Source: Octopus vulgaris (taxonomy: Eukaryota). Taken from it: DNA of 64,000 nucleotides. Under the pieces are notes generated by a model. That model had not been told where the DNA came from, did not search any database, and saw only the letters and a program-made list of their open reading frames with translations. Each line of letters begins with the position of its first letter. Position 1 is the stretch's first letter. Of this stretch, positions 26,287 through 39,959 are shown one piece after another. The stretch lies in contig OX597835.1 in NCBI GenBank assembly GCA_951406725.2, positions 38,936,001 to 39,000,000 on the forward strand, given 5' to 3'. Position numbers and translations under genes: made by a program.

Positions 26287-27305
26287 CTCTGCATTAATAT
26301 CTATTTAAATTTTTACGGCGCTCTCGATAAAATCGTTTTTGGTTGGAACCGGGCTATTTGCTTTGTTTAAAAGAATTGCTGCCGTTTTCAAATTTTCAAA
26401 ACGACGGATTCTTTGCCATTCAACGACGATCACTTGTTTTAGGCATTCTTTAATTTCGGATGGTCTTTTTTTTTTTTCTAAAGTTTCCTTGTTTTTGTTA
26501 TAGTTTTCTCCCCTTGTTTACCTCTTCTCAGTCTCTTCCTTTTCGTTATTGATTTCATTAAGATTGAGAGAGATCTTTTGATTTTTGCATCTCTTCTTTT
26601 CCTGAATGCTCCCCCCCCCCCCCACCACCGTTGTTTGTTTGGGGTTTTTGGTATTTCTATATAGAGTAACCACTTTCCTTTGTAACCACATTGCAGCTGT
26701 TGCATATATTATTTCGATTATAATAGTGATATTGATGTTCTCATCTGTTTTCATTAAGTTTACGATGGCGAGGTTTGCTCTTTTTATCTTTGTCTCTATT
26801 TTATCGTCAACTTTTATATTAGCAAGAATCATTCATTGGTCCAGAAGGAGATCTATCGATTTTAATTGATTAGCTATTTCCACCTTTAGAGTATTGTCCT
26901 ATTCAGTATCTCCATCTTTAGAATTTCTTATTCAAAAATCTTTCTCTTATTATTTTACATTCATATTTTCCTTTTGTGTTTAGGTTCGGCTTTTGTTGGT
27001 TTGGTCAGTATTCTTTAGGTATGCTAAACTTTGACTTTGTTGAGTTTTATTATTAATTATTTTCTTTTATTTTTTTTCCATGTGCTAGGTCTACCTTGTA
27101 TCTTGACTTTACATTGTTTTTTTCGCTTTTATGATATATTCTCATTGTTTATGTTTTTGTTGATGGTGAATTTTTGTTTCTTAATTGCTGTTTGCTTTTC
27201 TTTTGTTTTCTTTCTATTATGTAATTTTTTTTCTTAAGTCTTATATCTTTGGAGATTGAGGACTTATTGTTTAAATAAAATTGATCAAAGGTTACTATGA
27301 GATTG

Positions 27306-27942
27306 AAGGTAGAATCGTTAGCACTCCAGGCGAAATGCTTAGCCGTATTTCGTCTGTCGCTACGTTCTGAGTTCAAATTCTGCCGAGGTCGACTCTGCCT
27401 TTCATCCTTCCGGGGTCGATAAATTAAGTACCAGTAACGCACTGGGGTCGATGTAATCGACTTAATCCGTTTGTCTGTCCTTGTTTGGCCTCTCTGTGTT
27501 TAACCCCTTGTGGATAGTAAAGAAATAGGTATTTCGACTGCCGTTACGTTCTGAGTTCAAATTCCTCCGAGATCGACTTTGCCTTTCATCCTTTCGGGGT
27601 CGATTAAATAAGTACCTATTTCTTTATTACCCACAAGGGGCTAAACACAGAGGGGACAAACAAGGACAGACATTGGTATTAAGTCGATTACATCGACCCC
27701 AGTGCGTAACTGGTACTTAATTTATCGACCCCGAAAGGATGAAAGGCAAAGTCGACCTCGGCGGAATTTGAACTCACAACGTAACGCAGACGAAATACCG
27801 CTAAGCATTTCGCCCGGCGTGCTAACGTTTCTGCCAGCTCGCCGTTACGCACTGGGGTCGATATAATCGACTTAATCCCTTTGTCTGTCCTTGTTTGTCC
27901 CCTCTGTGTTTAGCCCCTTCTGGGTAGTAAAGAAATAGGTAT
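27306..27942. mobile_element. Composite of three SINE B units: head-to-tail dimer whose second unit holds an inverted copy (27613-27843)
   Basis: Junction AAATAGGTAT/TTCG at 27528-27532; second unit breaks at AAGTACC and resumes GTTACGCACTGGGG at 27844. Confidence 0.88.
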
Positions 27943-28699
27943 CTTCTCTACAGATCTTATATGTTTGCGTTTGTGTGTTTGTCTGCGTTTATATGTGCGT
28001 GAGTGGTTGTCTCTTTAGAGGATGATAGTGTTGCTGCAACGTGTACTTGTAGTATACAGACGTACATCTCCCGTGTCCATTTACGCTTTTACAGGTATAT
28101 TTCTCTAGTGTTTCTCTAGTCTGTTAGTCATCTATCGCCCCCTACACTTCGCCAGGATCTACAAAATTTCTCTCAAAGGCCTCGGAATTATAGTTGCCTC
28201 CTCGAAGCTGCTTGTTCGAAATCGATAAAACTGGCAGAGGCTGACTGATACCGGTACCAAAAGAACTGAAAGCAAAGGAACTGTAGATGCTATAGCTGGT
28301 GCTGTGGATGCTGCGGATGTTGATGATGACGATGACGACGACGAAGGCGAAGATAACGATAACGGCGACGACGATAGCGACGATGACGACGACGACAATG
28401 ATGGTGGTGGTGATTAGACGATGACATATTTTTTCCCGCAAAGTTAAAGCGATCAGTGCCTCAAGTAGTGCCACACTTTGTTATGGGTCACCAACATGTG
28501 AAAGAAGATTCCTCGCCCATCACCAAGCCTCCAAAACCTACAACACTAAATAAGAGTAAACCAATTTTGAGTCTTGGCCACCGTCTTTGAGAACCATCCA
28601 TCCCGCTTCTTTGCCTACTGATCCTGAGAGTTCATGAGAATAGAGTACTCAGACACCTCTTCCATTGGGCCTTATTAGAAGCAACCATCATGACACTTC

Positions 28700-29010
28700 G
28701 CGACTGGATTCGCGACTGGACCCGACCAACTGGGACTGTAGTTATTATCTATCTCATTCTTGGTCTACCCCAGGGTCCCTTGTATGAAGAACACGCCGAA
28801 CGATTCTTTGCTGCGACATTTTAATCTCATGCTCGTAGTATAAGGGCTCTCCACGCGGAGAAACATAGTCTCGACCTCGAGAGACTCCCTGCTCTCCGAG
28901 CTACACAACCTGTCGAGTAATGATACTCCTGATATCCTATGAAGGAACCCTATTCCAGCTTCTTGTATTCGCCATCGTACTCTTTCAGTCATTACCCAGC
29001 ATTTTTCACA
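28700..29010 (-). mobile_element. RTE-clade LINE remnant (post-RT region)
   Basis: WVMTERVRWRIQEAGIGFLHRISGVSLLDRLCSSESRESLEVETMFLRVE resembles RTE ORF C-terminal segments. Confidence 0.7.
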
Positions 29011-29097
29011 TCTTGGGCAAGTGTCTTCTGCTATAGCCGCGGGTCGACCAATGCCTTGTGAGTGGATTTGGTAGACGGAAACTGAAAGAAGCCCGTC

Positions 29098-29153
<56 letters not shown>

Positions 29154-29360
29154 ATGTTTCTGTGTCAGTGTTTGTCCCCCTAGCATTGCTTGACAATCGA
29201 TGCTAGTGTGTTTACGTCCCCGTCATCTAGCGGTTCGAAAAAAGGGACCGATAGAATAAGTACTGAGCTTACAAAAGAATAAGTCCCGGGGTCGATTTGC
29301 TCGACTAAAGGCGGTGCTCCAGCATGGCCGCAGTCAAATGACTGAAACAAGTAAAAGATA
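29011..29360 (+). mobile_element. SINE family A, 5'-truncated
   Basis: Starts at CTTGGGCAAGTGTC. Confidence 0.9.
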
Positions 29361-29982
29361 GATAAGGCTGGACACGGAAACCGAAGTAAATAGAGAGAGA
29401 GATTTTGCCCTTTTTAGCCAACCTCGTCTCTTCTCTTTTCTTCTGCTTAAACTGGCCAATTCTCTACCAGCCCCTGGAAGTCTACCACGGAGAATGAATA
29501 CATCGCATTCTAATAAATACCCACATGAATAGCAACACCAACAATACCAACATTAACAACAACAGCATCAATAAATAGTATTTATGTCTTCTGTTTTTTT
29601 TTCCCCCTTTTCTTGTAAATTCACCGACTCATTTGCAACTAGTTGCTTTGAAGGCTGGCAACAATTAGCAGTATATGGTTCCTTTTGATAACTCTTACGT
29701 TTCCTTTGACCGCCACCAGTATATAAGAAGTGTTTTGTCAGTAATATTGACAATAAACGTCATATTGCCTTCAAATTTCGTTCAGCTAATTAATAAACAC
29801 TAAAACCCGATTGAATAATATTATTCTGGCATTGATCCGAAACAAAACTGTTCTAAATATTTGCTGTAAGGATGGTTTATTGCTTATATTGACTATTGAC
29901 AGCAAATTAAAGGATCAATATACGTGTATGTATGTGTGTATATATGAGCATGTGTATACATATACATATACATATACATATA

Positions 29983-30018
<36 letters not shown>

Positions 30019-30686
30019 CGTACATATACACATACACTGAGACACACACATACATGCACTTCAAAGCATTGGGTAATATATATATGTATATATATTACCC
30101 AATACCTTGAAGTGCATATGTGTGTGTGTGTGTCTGTGTATGTATATACACAAACACACATATATATATATACATATACATATAAATATGTATACACACA
30201 CACCACGCACGCACACACTCACATACACATGCGTATATATATATATACGCATGTGTATGTGTGTGTGAGTGTATATATATATATATATGTATATGTATGT
30301 ATGTATGTATGTATTATGTATGTATGTATGTTTGTATGTATATGTATACGTGGCTTAACTGGTCGAAATTTCGAAGTCACTGTCAATAATATTTCTGTTT
30401 AAGAATAATAGATTTGTACTCTACAAAAGTATAGAATTACCCATTAGATTAACGTAAAAATTGTTTGTTTGTTTTTTTATTATAGTTGTACATAAAAACA
30501 TTAATATATATATACACACACACACATGTATATATCAATGTTTTATATTCACCAATAGTAAAATATTGTTTACACTAATCTGATGGGTTACTTTATACTC
30601 GTATATATTCTCTATATATGAGTGGAAAAACGAAAGAATGTGGAACTGACAACACACGTACGTTATACGTGCGTTTGACACAGCTT

Positions 30687-30739
30687 TATACGACTTAAAG
30701 TTTTGTAGGCTCGTAGAACGAACCTATCTCGTCAGATAT
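30687..30739 (-). ncRNA. Decayed hammerhead (G12A)
   Basis: Minus: ATAT-CTGACGA-G-ATAGGTTCG ttcta CGAGCCTAC-AAAAC-TTTAA-GTC-GTAT. Confidence 0.5.
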
Positions 30740-31068
30740 GCAGAGAAGAGTAAAGGTATTTGAAATAAATTCAAGATGGTTTTCAGCTGATAGGCTAACT
30801 ATTTGTCGGTTCAGATCACATAGTGTTATTGGTCCGAAAGCGACATCAGTTCCATGAATTCTTCTCTAATCTCTTTACTTACTTAATCTGACCAGATATT
30901 TTCTTTCGTGTAACGAGATTTACAAAGCATTAAAAGTCAAACAGTTACTTATATATGCGCATTTATGTGCGTGTTAGCGCGTAAGTGATAATATATGTGT
31001 ACGTAAACTCACGCATATATTATCATTTCTATGAATTTGTGTGTAGTATCTTATATATATATATATAT

Positions 31069-31293
31069 AATATTTTATAATTACGAGTATAATTATAATT
31101 AGGGTTCAGCAAAAATTTGCATCACCACATACTGAACTTTAGAAATAGCAGCCAAAGAACCTTAGCTATTTCTTCTTCTTTTAGTAGAAGAAATAGCTAA
31201 GGTTCTTTGGCTGGTATTTCTAAAGTTCGGTATGTGGTAAAGCAAATTTTTGCTGAACCCTAATTATAATTATACTCGTAATTATAAAATATT
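31069..31293. repeat. Fold-back, ~108-bp arms (31069-31176 / 31186-31293), at the edge of a TA-flanked element (to ~31630)
   Basis: AATATTTTATAATTACGAG...CTATTTCTTCT vs AGAAGAAATAG...CTCGTAATTATAAAATATT. Confidence 0.93.
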
Positions 31294-32339
31294 AAGTTTA
31301 CTGAAAAATGGTCCTTTTAACATGCCGAATTCTACTTGGTCGAATTATTAATTACTAGTTAATTAATTAATTTTACCCTTAATCATTATTGATATATAGT
31401 AGCCGATCTTACCTACTGGGTTGGTACTAGGGTTTCAACAGAGAGATAGGTAACAGTCCGATTATGTAACCCTACGCTCTTCAGGGATGGCAGTTACGGG
31501 GTGAAAATATGGAGACTACATGTACATATAATACTGTACACTTCGATTAATATACCCACTCTGCTGAAAAATACGCGTGCATTTTTCCTGACTTATGGAT
31601 TCTTAGACGGTATATAAATATATATATTTATATGACTGAAACAAGTAAAGAATATATACTTCAATGGAATAGTAATATAGAACAGTAATGTACGTATGCT
31701 TTTCTCAAGGTCTAGACTATAGGCTGACGTAAGGGAACATTCTTGTTTTCTAGGTAAGCGGTATCTCGTTATGCAACTATAATATACTATAAAGTATATT
31801 AAATATTTTTATAAGTCAATATCGCGTTCTTCTGTGTTAGCAATGCGCTTTCACCTTACTTGTGAAGGTTTTCTCTGCAGATATACTATAGAGATTGTAA
31901 CCAGCATTTAATTTTGCTACAGCGTTTCACATCGAGACGTGAGATGTAAGCAAACAATGAGATCGAAGCTGAGAAAAGGGTAATGGGTATAAATGCCAGA
32001 TTTCGCGGGTTTTTGCCCCATCATTAGCACTCATCCAACCTTCTAATCATCTTCAAACGCATTGCTTGTTTTCCGAATATATATTTAAGCTTCAGATGGA
32101 AAACACTAAGAACATTGTATATGCCAGCAAAAACTGCAATAGACATTGGAGCAATTTTGTAAATTGCTTGAAATATTCTGAGAGAAAATAAAGAGAAAAT
32201 GTAAAACTAAAAATTTATATTAAGTATTATATATTTTTTTTCTTGTTGCAGTCACTAGAATGCCGCCATGATGGGGCACAGCGTTGAAAAAACTTAGTTG
32301 AACGAATCGATCGCAACACCTGTTTATTTATTTATATGT

Positions 32340-32739
32340 AGGCGCAGGAGTGGCTGTGTGGTAAGTAGTTTGCTTACCAACCACATGGTTCCGGGTTCAG
32401 TCCCACTGCGTGGCAACTTGGGCAAGTATTTTCTGCTACAGCCACGGGCGGACCAAAGCCTTATCAGTGGATTTGGTAGACGGAAACTGAAAGAAGCCCG
32501 TCGTATATATGTATGTGTGTGCGTGTATGTGTTTATGTGTCTGTGTTTGTCCCCCCAACATCACTTGGCAACCGATGCTGGTGTGTTTACGTCCCCGTAA
32601 CTTAGCGATTCGGCAAAAGAGACCGATAGAATAAGTACTAGGCTTACAAAGAATAAGTCCTGGGGTCGATTTGCTCGACTAAAGGCGGTGCTCCAGCATA
32701 GCCACAGTCAAATCACCGAAACAAATAAAAGAGTAAAAG
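32340..32739 (+). mobile_element. SINE family A nested in an older opposite-strand family A copy (~32235-32330 and 32742-32860)
   Basis: Full head/tail; flanks carry reverse-strand family A motifs. Confidence 0.88.
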
Positions 32740-33224
32740 GGAAGCCTGGTACTTCATTCTATCGGTCTCTTTTACAGAATTGCTAACTTACATAGACGTA
32801 AACACACTACACCGGTTGTCCAGCGCTCAAAGTGCCACATAGTGAGATTGAACCCGGAACCGTTTATTATTTTTCGCCACATTTTCATCAAACCTCATCT
32901 CGAACCACCTTCTGACCTAACTGGATTTAGAAGAAACGGCAGGGGAGAACCAACACCGTTTCCAGGCGAATTGGGTATTCGATATTCTCTCCACGTCTTC
33001 CTTATTGCCATCCTCCATTAAGCGTTGGACATTATTGTTTCGTGTCCTAGGACTTAGAGCCGGTTAGCCGGTTTCCATGGCGTGTAAGTAACAGAGATCA
33101 CTACACCCCCCGCTGAACGGGACACCAGTCCGCTTTAGGGTTACTTATTTATAACTGAAAAGACTACACCAATGTGAACGGAAGTGTTTTTACTCAAGAG
33201 CACAACACACCGTTCGATACAAAA

Positions 33225-33460
33225 ATTTTAATTTAATTTAATTCAATTTTTATTGGCTCAAAAAGTAAAAGCAAGGCCATGTAGGGGGACAGGGAGTTAT
33301 GTACAGGGAGGATGGTCATACAAAGAGCTCAGGCCATTTCCGGTGAAGAGAGACTTTGAACCGAGCGGTCGTCGACATCTTCACTATCTCGTCCGGCAGC
33401 TTATTCCACGGATCTGTAACCCGGACGGCGAAAGCCCCTCTCCTTCGATTGAGATGAAAT
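33225..33460 (-). mobile_element. CR1 3'-end fragment (same family as 16916-17549) inside an older SINE (~33050-33530)
   Basis: GGCTCAAAA...GCAAGGCCATGTAGGGGGACA...CCTTCGATTGAGATGAAATC shared. Confidence 0.82.
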
Positions 33461-34033
33461 CACTATCGATTGAGATTGAAACCACTATCTTACGATTGTT
33501 AGTAGAACATTTTAACCACTAGGCTACGCTCTTTCAACTGAGAATTGCTAACATCTTTTTTTCTTTTTTTTTTGAAAAAAACGATTTATTCAAAATTTAA
33601 GGAACTCAAGTGACTTTTTAGGAAGAGACAAACCTGGGAAAGGCCAAGTATGGCTGTTAGTCAACATCAATTTATCTTAGATACACACTGAAAAATGTTT
33701 TCAGATTTATTAAAATTAATAGATTTTTCATTCTTTTAAACATTTAATAACAAAAATTCTATTGGAAAAAAAACGCAGCAGATATCAACATTTTTTTTTC
33801 TGTGTTACGGTTCCACGTTGCTTTGCTCTTCAATCAGTGTTTGAAAGATTCCAATAGCTTGTCGGTTTATGTGTAGCTACATTAAGTAGGTGATAAATGA
33901 ATCGATTGATTGATTATGTATACAAACCTTTGTATTACGCCGAAACATTTTCTTCAAGTGATTTGAAACGTACGTAAGTAAATAAAGTCATGTAAGAACA
34001 TAATTCTTTATTATTTACCTGATTATTATGTCT

Positions 34034-34083
<50 letters not shown>

Positions 34084-34184
34084 TCATAAAAAGAAGTTGA
34101 AACTCATTGCTTTCAATTTTTAAAATTATTAATGGAAGGAACCCAGGGAATGTTACCCTGTTACTTTTCTCATAGCACAACGCA

Positions 34185-34645
34185 ATGAGAAAGAAAGAAA
34201 GAAAGATAGAAACAAAGATAGAAAGAAGGAAAGAAAGAAAGAAAGAAAGAAATAAAGAAATAAAGAAAGAAAGAAAGAAAGAAAGAAAGGAAGGAAGGAA
34301 GGAAGGAAGGAAGGAAGGAAGGAAGGAAGGAAGGAAGGAAGGAAGGAAGGAAGGAAGGAAGGAAGGAAGGAAGGAAAAGAAAGAAAGAAGGAAGGAAGGA
34401 AGGAAGGAAAGAAGGAAGGAAGGAAAGAAAGAAGGAAAGAAGGGAAGGAAGGAGGGAAGGAAGGAAAGAAGGAAGGAAGGAAAGAAAGAAGGAAGGAAAG
34501 AAAGAAAGAAGGAAAGAAAGAAGGAAGGAAGGAAAGAAGGAAAGAAGAAAGAAAGAAAGAAAGAAAGAAAGAAGGAAAGAAAGAAAGAAAAGGAAAGAAA
34601 GAAAAGGAAAGAAAGAAAAGGAAAGAAAGAAAAGGAAAGAAAGTA
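34185..34645. repeat. (GAAA)n/(GGAA)n polypurine tract
   Basis: Direct reading. Confidence 0.97.
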
Positions 34646-35550
34646 AGAACACAATACCTGAGTGTCACTTCATTTATCGGTTTCGGTGGGATGAAAAACA
34701 AATTTTATTTCGGCGAGATTATTTACTCAGAACCCAGGAGAGGACCGAAACCGATGGCACACGGAGGCCTAGAATGCCACCATGTGAGTAACTTCAGTTG
34801 TGCCAATTCGCCAACCTGACAGAACAACTATAAAGAAAAAAAAATAAACAAACAACAAACTCCAAAAGTATTTTAACTTCATTTTTATTATTTTCAAGAA
34901 TTCTTTTTTTTTTTTTTCATTTTACGTAAAAGGAAAACATAAAATATATGTCGTTTATTGATTTTTATCGTTTAGAAGTTTCCACATCTAGAAACTGAAA
35001 TTCACGTTTTAGTTGTCGTAGTTGTCATCGCTGCTATTGTTGTTGTTGTTGTTGTCGTTTTCCGTTATCGATGTTGTCATCGTTGTTTGATGTTTCATGA
35101 AGATGCTGCATCATTTGTAATCCTTCCTGCCATTCCTTTCTATCTACAGGAATTGGTGCTGCTACATTTTTATTTTTTATTATTTACCTAAAGGTTTCTT
35201 TCCAGACGAAATCCAATTTTATATTATCATTTTGTTTTCCTTTTCGATTAATACAAAAATAAAAATTCTCAACATGAGACAAGTTCGTACGCACTTGCAT
35301 CATATAGTACATACGTTGAAGCAAACGAGATGGCAGCGAGGGGGGTGGGATATATTTTCTTAGAAGACATTTGAAGAATGTGGAGAGAAAACCCTCTTTG
35401 GAAGAACTAAGAAGTGTGTCGCAAGGATCTTCATTGAAGAATTTACAAGAAATATTTGGAGAGAACCCATTTTAGTAGAAATGAAGTGTGTAACCAAGGG
35501 TGTTCTTAGAAGAAATAAGAAGTGTGTGGTCTGGTTCTTTCTTTCGATTG

Positions 35551-36073
35551 CCGTAAATCCTCGAGTATAGTCCGCCCTTGAGTATAATACGCAGGAGATT
35601 TTTAGGGGGCTGTACCTCTGAAAAACCCAAACCTTGTGTATAATACGCACCCATTCTCTAACTTGAGTGAAGGAGATCTATATAACGTCCCTGGTTTGTA
35701 AAAATGTATACGGTAACGTCCTTTATTATTATTGTATATATAACATAATGCAAATGAATAGCTTTTTTGTGCATTTTTTTTTTGCAGAAAATAAAGAAAT
35801 AACAGTAATAACAGTAATAACGTTTAATAAATGTTGTTTACTGCAAGTTATGGATGATTCTTTTATGACTTCATTGCTTTCAGGCTTAGCTTAAGGTATT
35901 TTTGCGCCCGACATCACAGAATGCGTCTGAATAAACATTGCTGGACAGCAAATAGAGACTCGGACGTTGCTTAGAAAATATTTTTCATTTTTAACCTCGT
36001 ATATAGTACACACTAGGGATTTTGACCTTTAAATTTTGGGAAAAGAATGCGGATTATACTCGGGGACTTACGG
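35551..36073. mobile_element. Non-autonomous Tc1/mariner-superfamily (Tc2/pogo-like) element
   Basis: TIRs CCGTAAATCCTCGAGTATAGTCCGC / GCGGATTATACTCGGGGACTTACGG, TA on right and TG on left, subterminal GTATAATACGCA repeats. Confidence 0.78.
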
Positions 36074-36657
36074 TACATGGGAAATGATGAGTAGAGCCCT
36101 TCTTTTATAAAAATGATGTGTAAGGCAGACAATGTTTTGAAGGAATTAGAGTCGTGTGTGTGTATGCGTGTCTCCATGACGGAGGACATTAGAAACATAC
36201 CACAGACTTGATTAAGAACCTAAATGAGTTATTATATTAGTTGCTGTTAATAAGACGATGATATATGGACCATTAACCTTTAAGAATACATTTACAATAT
36301 TGACATCAACGCTCTTTGATCGGGTTTTCTGTTTGCTTCACGGAGTTTAATAACTTTGTGCTTTGACCAGCAGAGGTGGTTTTTGCCGTTTCTTCAAAGC
36401 GCACGATTGGCTTTCTCGTCGATGATTCTGACTTTTCGGTCGGTGCAGATGTAAATAATTTAAATATAGACTCGAAACATTACGGTTAATAATCTGGAAA
36501 ATTACCGTCTCACGCTTTTCGTAGCTTCTAAGAGGGGCAAGGTTACAATAATCAGCACTCACCTTTCTCCTCGCGGCGGCACACAACCTTATATCATAAT
36601 ACTAATTTAATGATTTTGGTTTCAAATCAACTCATGAACCAAACATTTACAAATAAT

Positions 36658-36843
36658 AGGCGCGGGCGTGGCTGTGTGGTAAGTAGCTTGTTTACCAACC
36701 ACATGGTTCTGGGTTCAGTCCCACTGCGTGGCACCTTGGGCAAGTATCTTCTACTATAGCCTCGGGCCGATCAAAACCTTGTGTGTGGATTTGGTAGACG
36801 GAAACCGAAAGGAGCCCATCGTGTATATATGTGTGTGTGTGTG

Positions 36844-36882
<39 letters not shown>

Positions 36883-37095
36883 TGTTTGTGTCTGTGTTTG
36901 TCCCCCACACCAACATCGCTTGTCAACCGATGTTGGTGTGTTTATGTCCCCGTAACATAGCGGTTCGGCAAAAGAGACCGATAAGGTAAGTACTAGGCTT
37001 ACAAAGAATAAGTCCTGGGGTCGATTTGTTCGACTAAAAGCGGTGCTCCAGCATGGCCGCAGTCAAATGGCTGAAAGAAATGAAAGAATAAAAGG
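36658..37095 (+). mobile_element. SINE family A, full length
   Basis: Match to 23469. Confidence 0.92.
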
Positions 37096-37859
37096 ACTAA
37101 ATAAAAGCACTGTAGCCCTTTTAGTTTTCTCTTTCTTTTAAATCCCCTAGATTTTGCAATTCATTTAAAATGATTTAAAACGCTTTGCACATCATTAAAA
37201 GCTCATAATTTTTTCCTAAGTTTGTCCTAAACGTCGTCCATGTTTCTTCTCATGCCTTGTTTTACACGTTCTTAGTAATATAAAGCCTTTCTCTCATAAG
37301 TCCCAAGTTACTTTGGTTGTTGAAAAAAATTGGGAAAATGTATCATATGTCATACGTGGAAGCCAAGGAAATTTCTCTTATGTATCATATGGGATACGCA
37401 ACAGAATAGACAAAGAGTTAAAGTGTTGGTAGAAGAGGTCAGCTGATGTCTCAGACAGAACTCTGCTTTGAAAGAATAACGAGAAAAGAATATTTTGGAA
37501 ATCTTTGAGGATTTTTAAAATATAACATTTCCAAATGAGGTTGGGAGGAGGATGCAAGAAATATTCCTGTTCTTTTCTTTTTTACTTGCATTCCTCGACT
37601 TCATTCTGAGAATTCTACTCTACATTTCTGCATTTCTTCTCAAGAAAGACCATTCCTAAAGCACCAAAACTCACATCTTATCATGGCATATTAATTAACT
37701 TTAAAATCCAGCTACAATATTCTACCATCAATTTTCTTTTTTTTTTTTTTGGTATTATTTTTCTTGATCCCCAGCACTCATAAGAACGGTTACCCGCGGG
37801 TCCCATGGCGTAACAATGACCGATAATACAACAAAGTCCCTGGAGGGGACACCGCTCAG

Positions 37860-38070
37860 TTGCGAGGTTCAAAGCCAGAAATTTTGAAGGGAGTTGATAA
37901 TTCGATTACGTCGACCCTAGTACTTGACTGGTACCTAGTTCATCGACCCCGAAGGAAGAAAAGGCAAAATTGACCTTGACAGTATCTAGACTCAGAACGT
38001 AAAGAGCCGAAAGAAATGCCGCTAAGCATTTTATCCGACGTGTTAACGATTCCGCCAGCTCACCACCTTA
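37860..38070 (-). mobile_element. Diverged SINE B-related copy
   Basis: ATCGACCCCGAA...GATTCCGCCAGCTCACCACCTT. Confidence 0.75.
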
Positions 38071-38209
38071 CCACATATAAAACACATCTTGGTTTTGGAG
38101 ACCAAAATTACCTTAAAGACCCCCATAGTGTTCCTTGTATTACACTGGGCTACAACAGTAATTAATATAGCTATAATCCAATATAGTAGTTTTATATTAC
38201 ATTTTATAT

Positions 38210-38436
38210 TACAGGGAGAAAATCCCTGGAGAAGGACATCATGCTCGGAATGGTCAGTGGCAAGAGAGGAAGAGTCCGTCCAAGAACCCGCTGGCTTGAC
38301 ACCATCAAGAGTGATACCGGAATGGACATAGCCAATCTGAAAGAAGCGGCTCAGGATAGAACTGACTGGAGGACACTGATCCATCGAGTAACCGAGAGTT
38401 GACTTCGACTGAGCGGATAGATAGATAGATAGATAG
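38210..38436 (+). mobile_element. 5'-truncated RTE (BovB-like) LINE with (GATA)n tail and 16-bp TSD
   Basis: KSLEKDIMLGMVSGKRGRVRPRTRWLDTIKSD...AAQDRTDWR; TSD ATATTACATTTTATAT at 38194-38209 and 38437-38452. Confidence 0.88.
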
Positions 38437-38819
38437 ATATTACATTTTATATAAAATATATGGAAATACAATAATACATATTGATATATAATAAAAAATA
38501 TACTCTTAAAGTATTTAATCATCCAATCTCCAAGATATTCGTAATTTCAATTTCAAATTCCATTTTACTACCTAACATAAAGATAGTACTTCGTCGGACT
38601 TGGAGAACGATCGTGGGATGCCGTGCAATCACGTATTCTGAGTTCGATCTCACTACGTGGCAGCTTGGGTAACTTTTAGGATAGCTTTTAGTCAAACTAA
38701 GACATCTGATCTAAGAATACGTAAATGGATACTATTTCGGGGACAGCTGGATAGATTGTACTACTAGCATAATACTCTACACTCCCCCCACACACATACA
38801 CACATCTATATGCATATAC

Positions 38820-38945
<126 letters not shown>

Positions 38946-39043
38946 GAGGATAATATCGATATTTAAGTGTCGAAATATATGATAGATCGTTAGCCACTAT
39001 ACACATTTTTTTCTCTCCTTGTTTCTCTTCTTGTATTTTCTGT

Positions 39044-39085
39044 GTCCCTTTCTGTAGAAGAGCGTAGGCTCGAAACGTAAAATAC
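39044..39085 (+). ncRNA. Minimal hammerhead-like motif (CUGUAGA core) in a repeat spanning ~38985-39170
   Basis: TTT-CTGTAGA-A-GAGC gtag GCTC-GAAAC-GTA-AAA. Confidence 0.5.
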
Positions 39086-39165
39086 TTTTTCTATTCCTGA
39101 GCGTTATACTAATACATCTGTTTGTTTTGTACACCACCTGTCTTCGTCTTTTGCTGTTTTTTCGT

Positions 39166-39248
<83 letters not shown>

Positions 39249-39284
39249 TATGTATATATATATATATATATATACATACATACA

Positions 39285-39318
<34 letters not shown>

Positions 39319-39959
39319 AAATATATATATGTACATGCATATATATTTATATAATACAAACACATACTCGCACAGACTCGCACACACATGCAAACGCACA
39401 CGCACATACACACATACATGCACACTTACACGCACCTGCGCTTTATTTTCATCGGCTATGGGAACTAAAAAGCGAAGTCCAACCGCCTAATCGATGATTC
39501 AATCAGGATTTACACACAAGTTTCCATCAATCGATCTATTTCTGTCAAAAATACCTTACTTTTTCCCTTAAACATCACACGTAACTCAGTTCGTTGGTTT
39601 ATTTTTGTTTCAGTCGCGTTTCCATACACAACTTTCATGTGTCTGCTGACGCAAAATGATAATTGTTGCCTAAGGGCTTCCGTAGTCACCACTCCGGCTT
39701 GCTGTTTTTATCAACCAGAGGTTTCCGTACACGCAACACCAGAGACTTGTCTTATCTCGATTTTCTCTCTTCAAGGAACAAAGTCAGACAGAGTCACGGG
39801 AATAAAAGGAAACGTTGTTTCCATTGTGACATATTTATTAGACTTTGATAAATACTCTGGCTTTGCGCTATCTTTTCGGCTTCCTTCGTCTCTCTCCGCC
39901 ATTCTTCGACGCCCTTCGACTGTTTTCCGTCACTCATGCTTTCTCCGTTGTCTTCACTC

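Noticed and set aside
28142-28474. Hydrophobic 110-aa ORF resembling a membrane protein
   Set aside because: Hydrophobic stretch derives from a (GAC/GAT)n repeat
31420-31495. Minus-strand CTGAAGA...GAAAC as hammerhead
   Set aside because: Stem II does not close next to the core and stem I does not pair
33935-34701. Long FLSF / KERK ORFs
   Set aside because: Translation of the GAAA/GGAA tract
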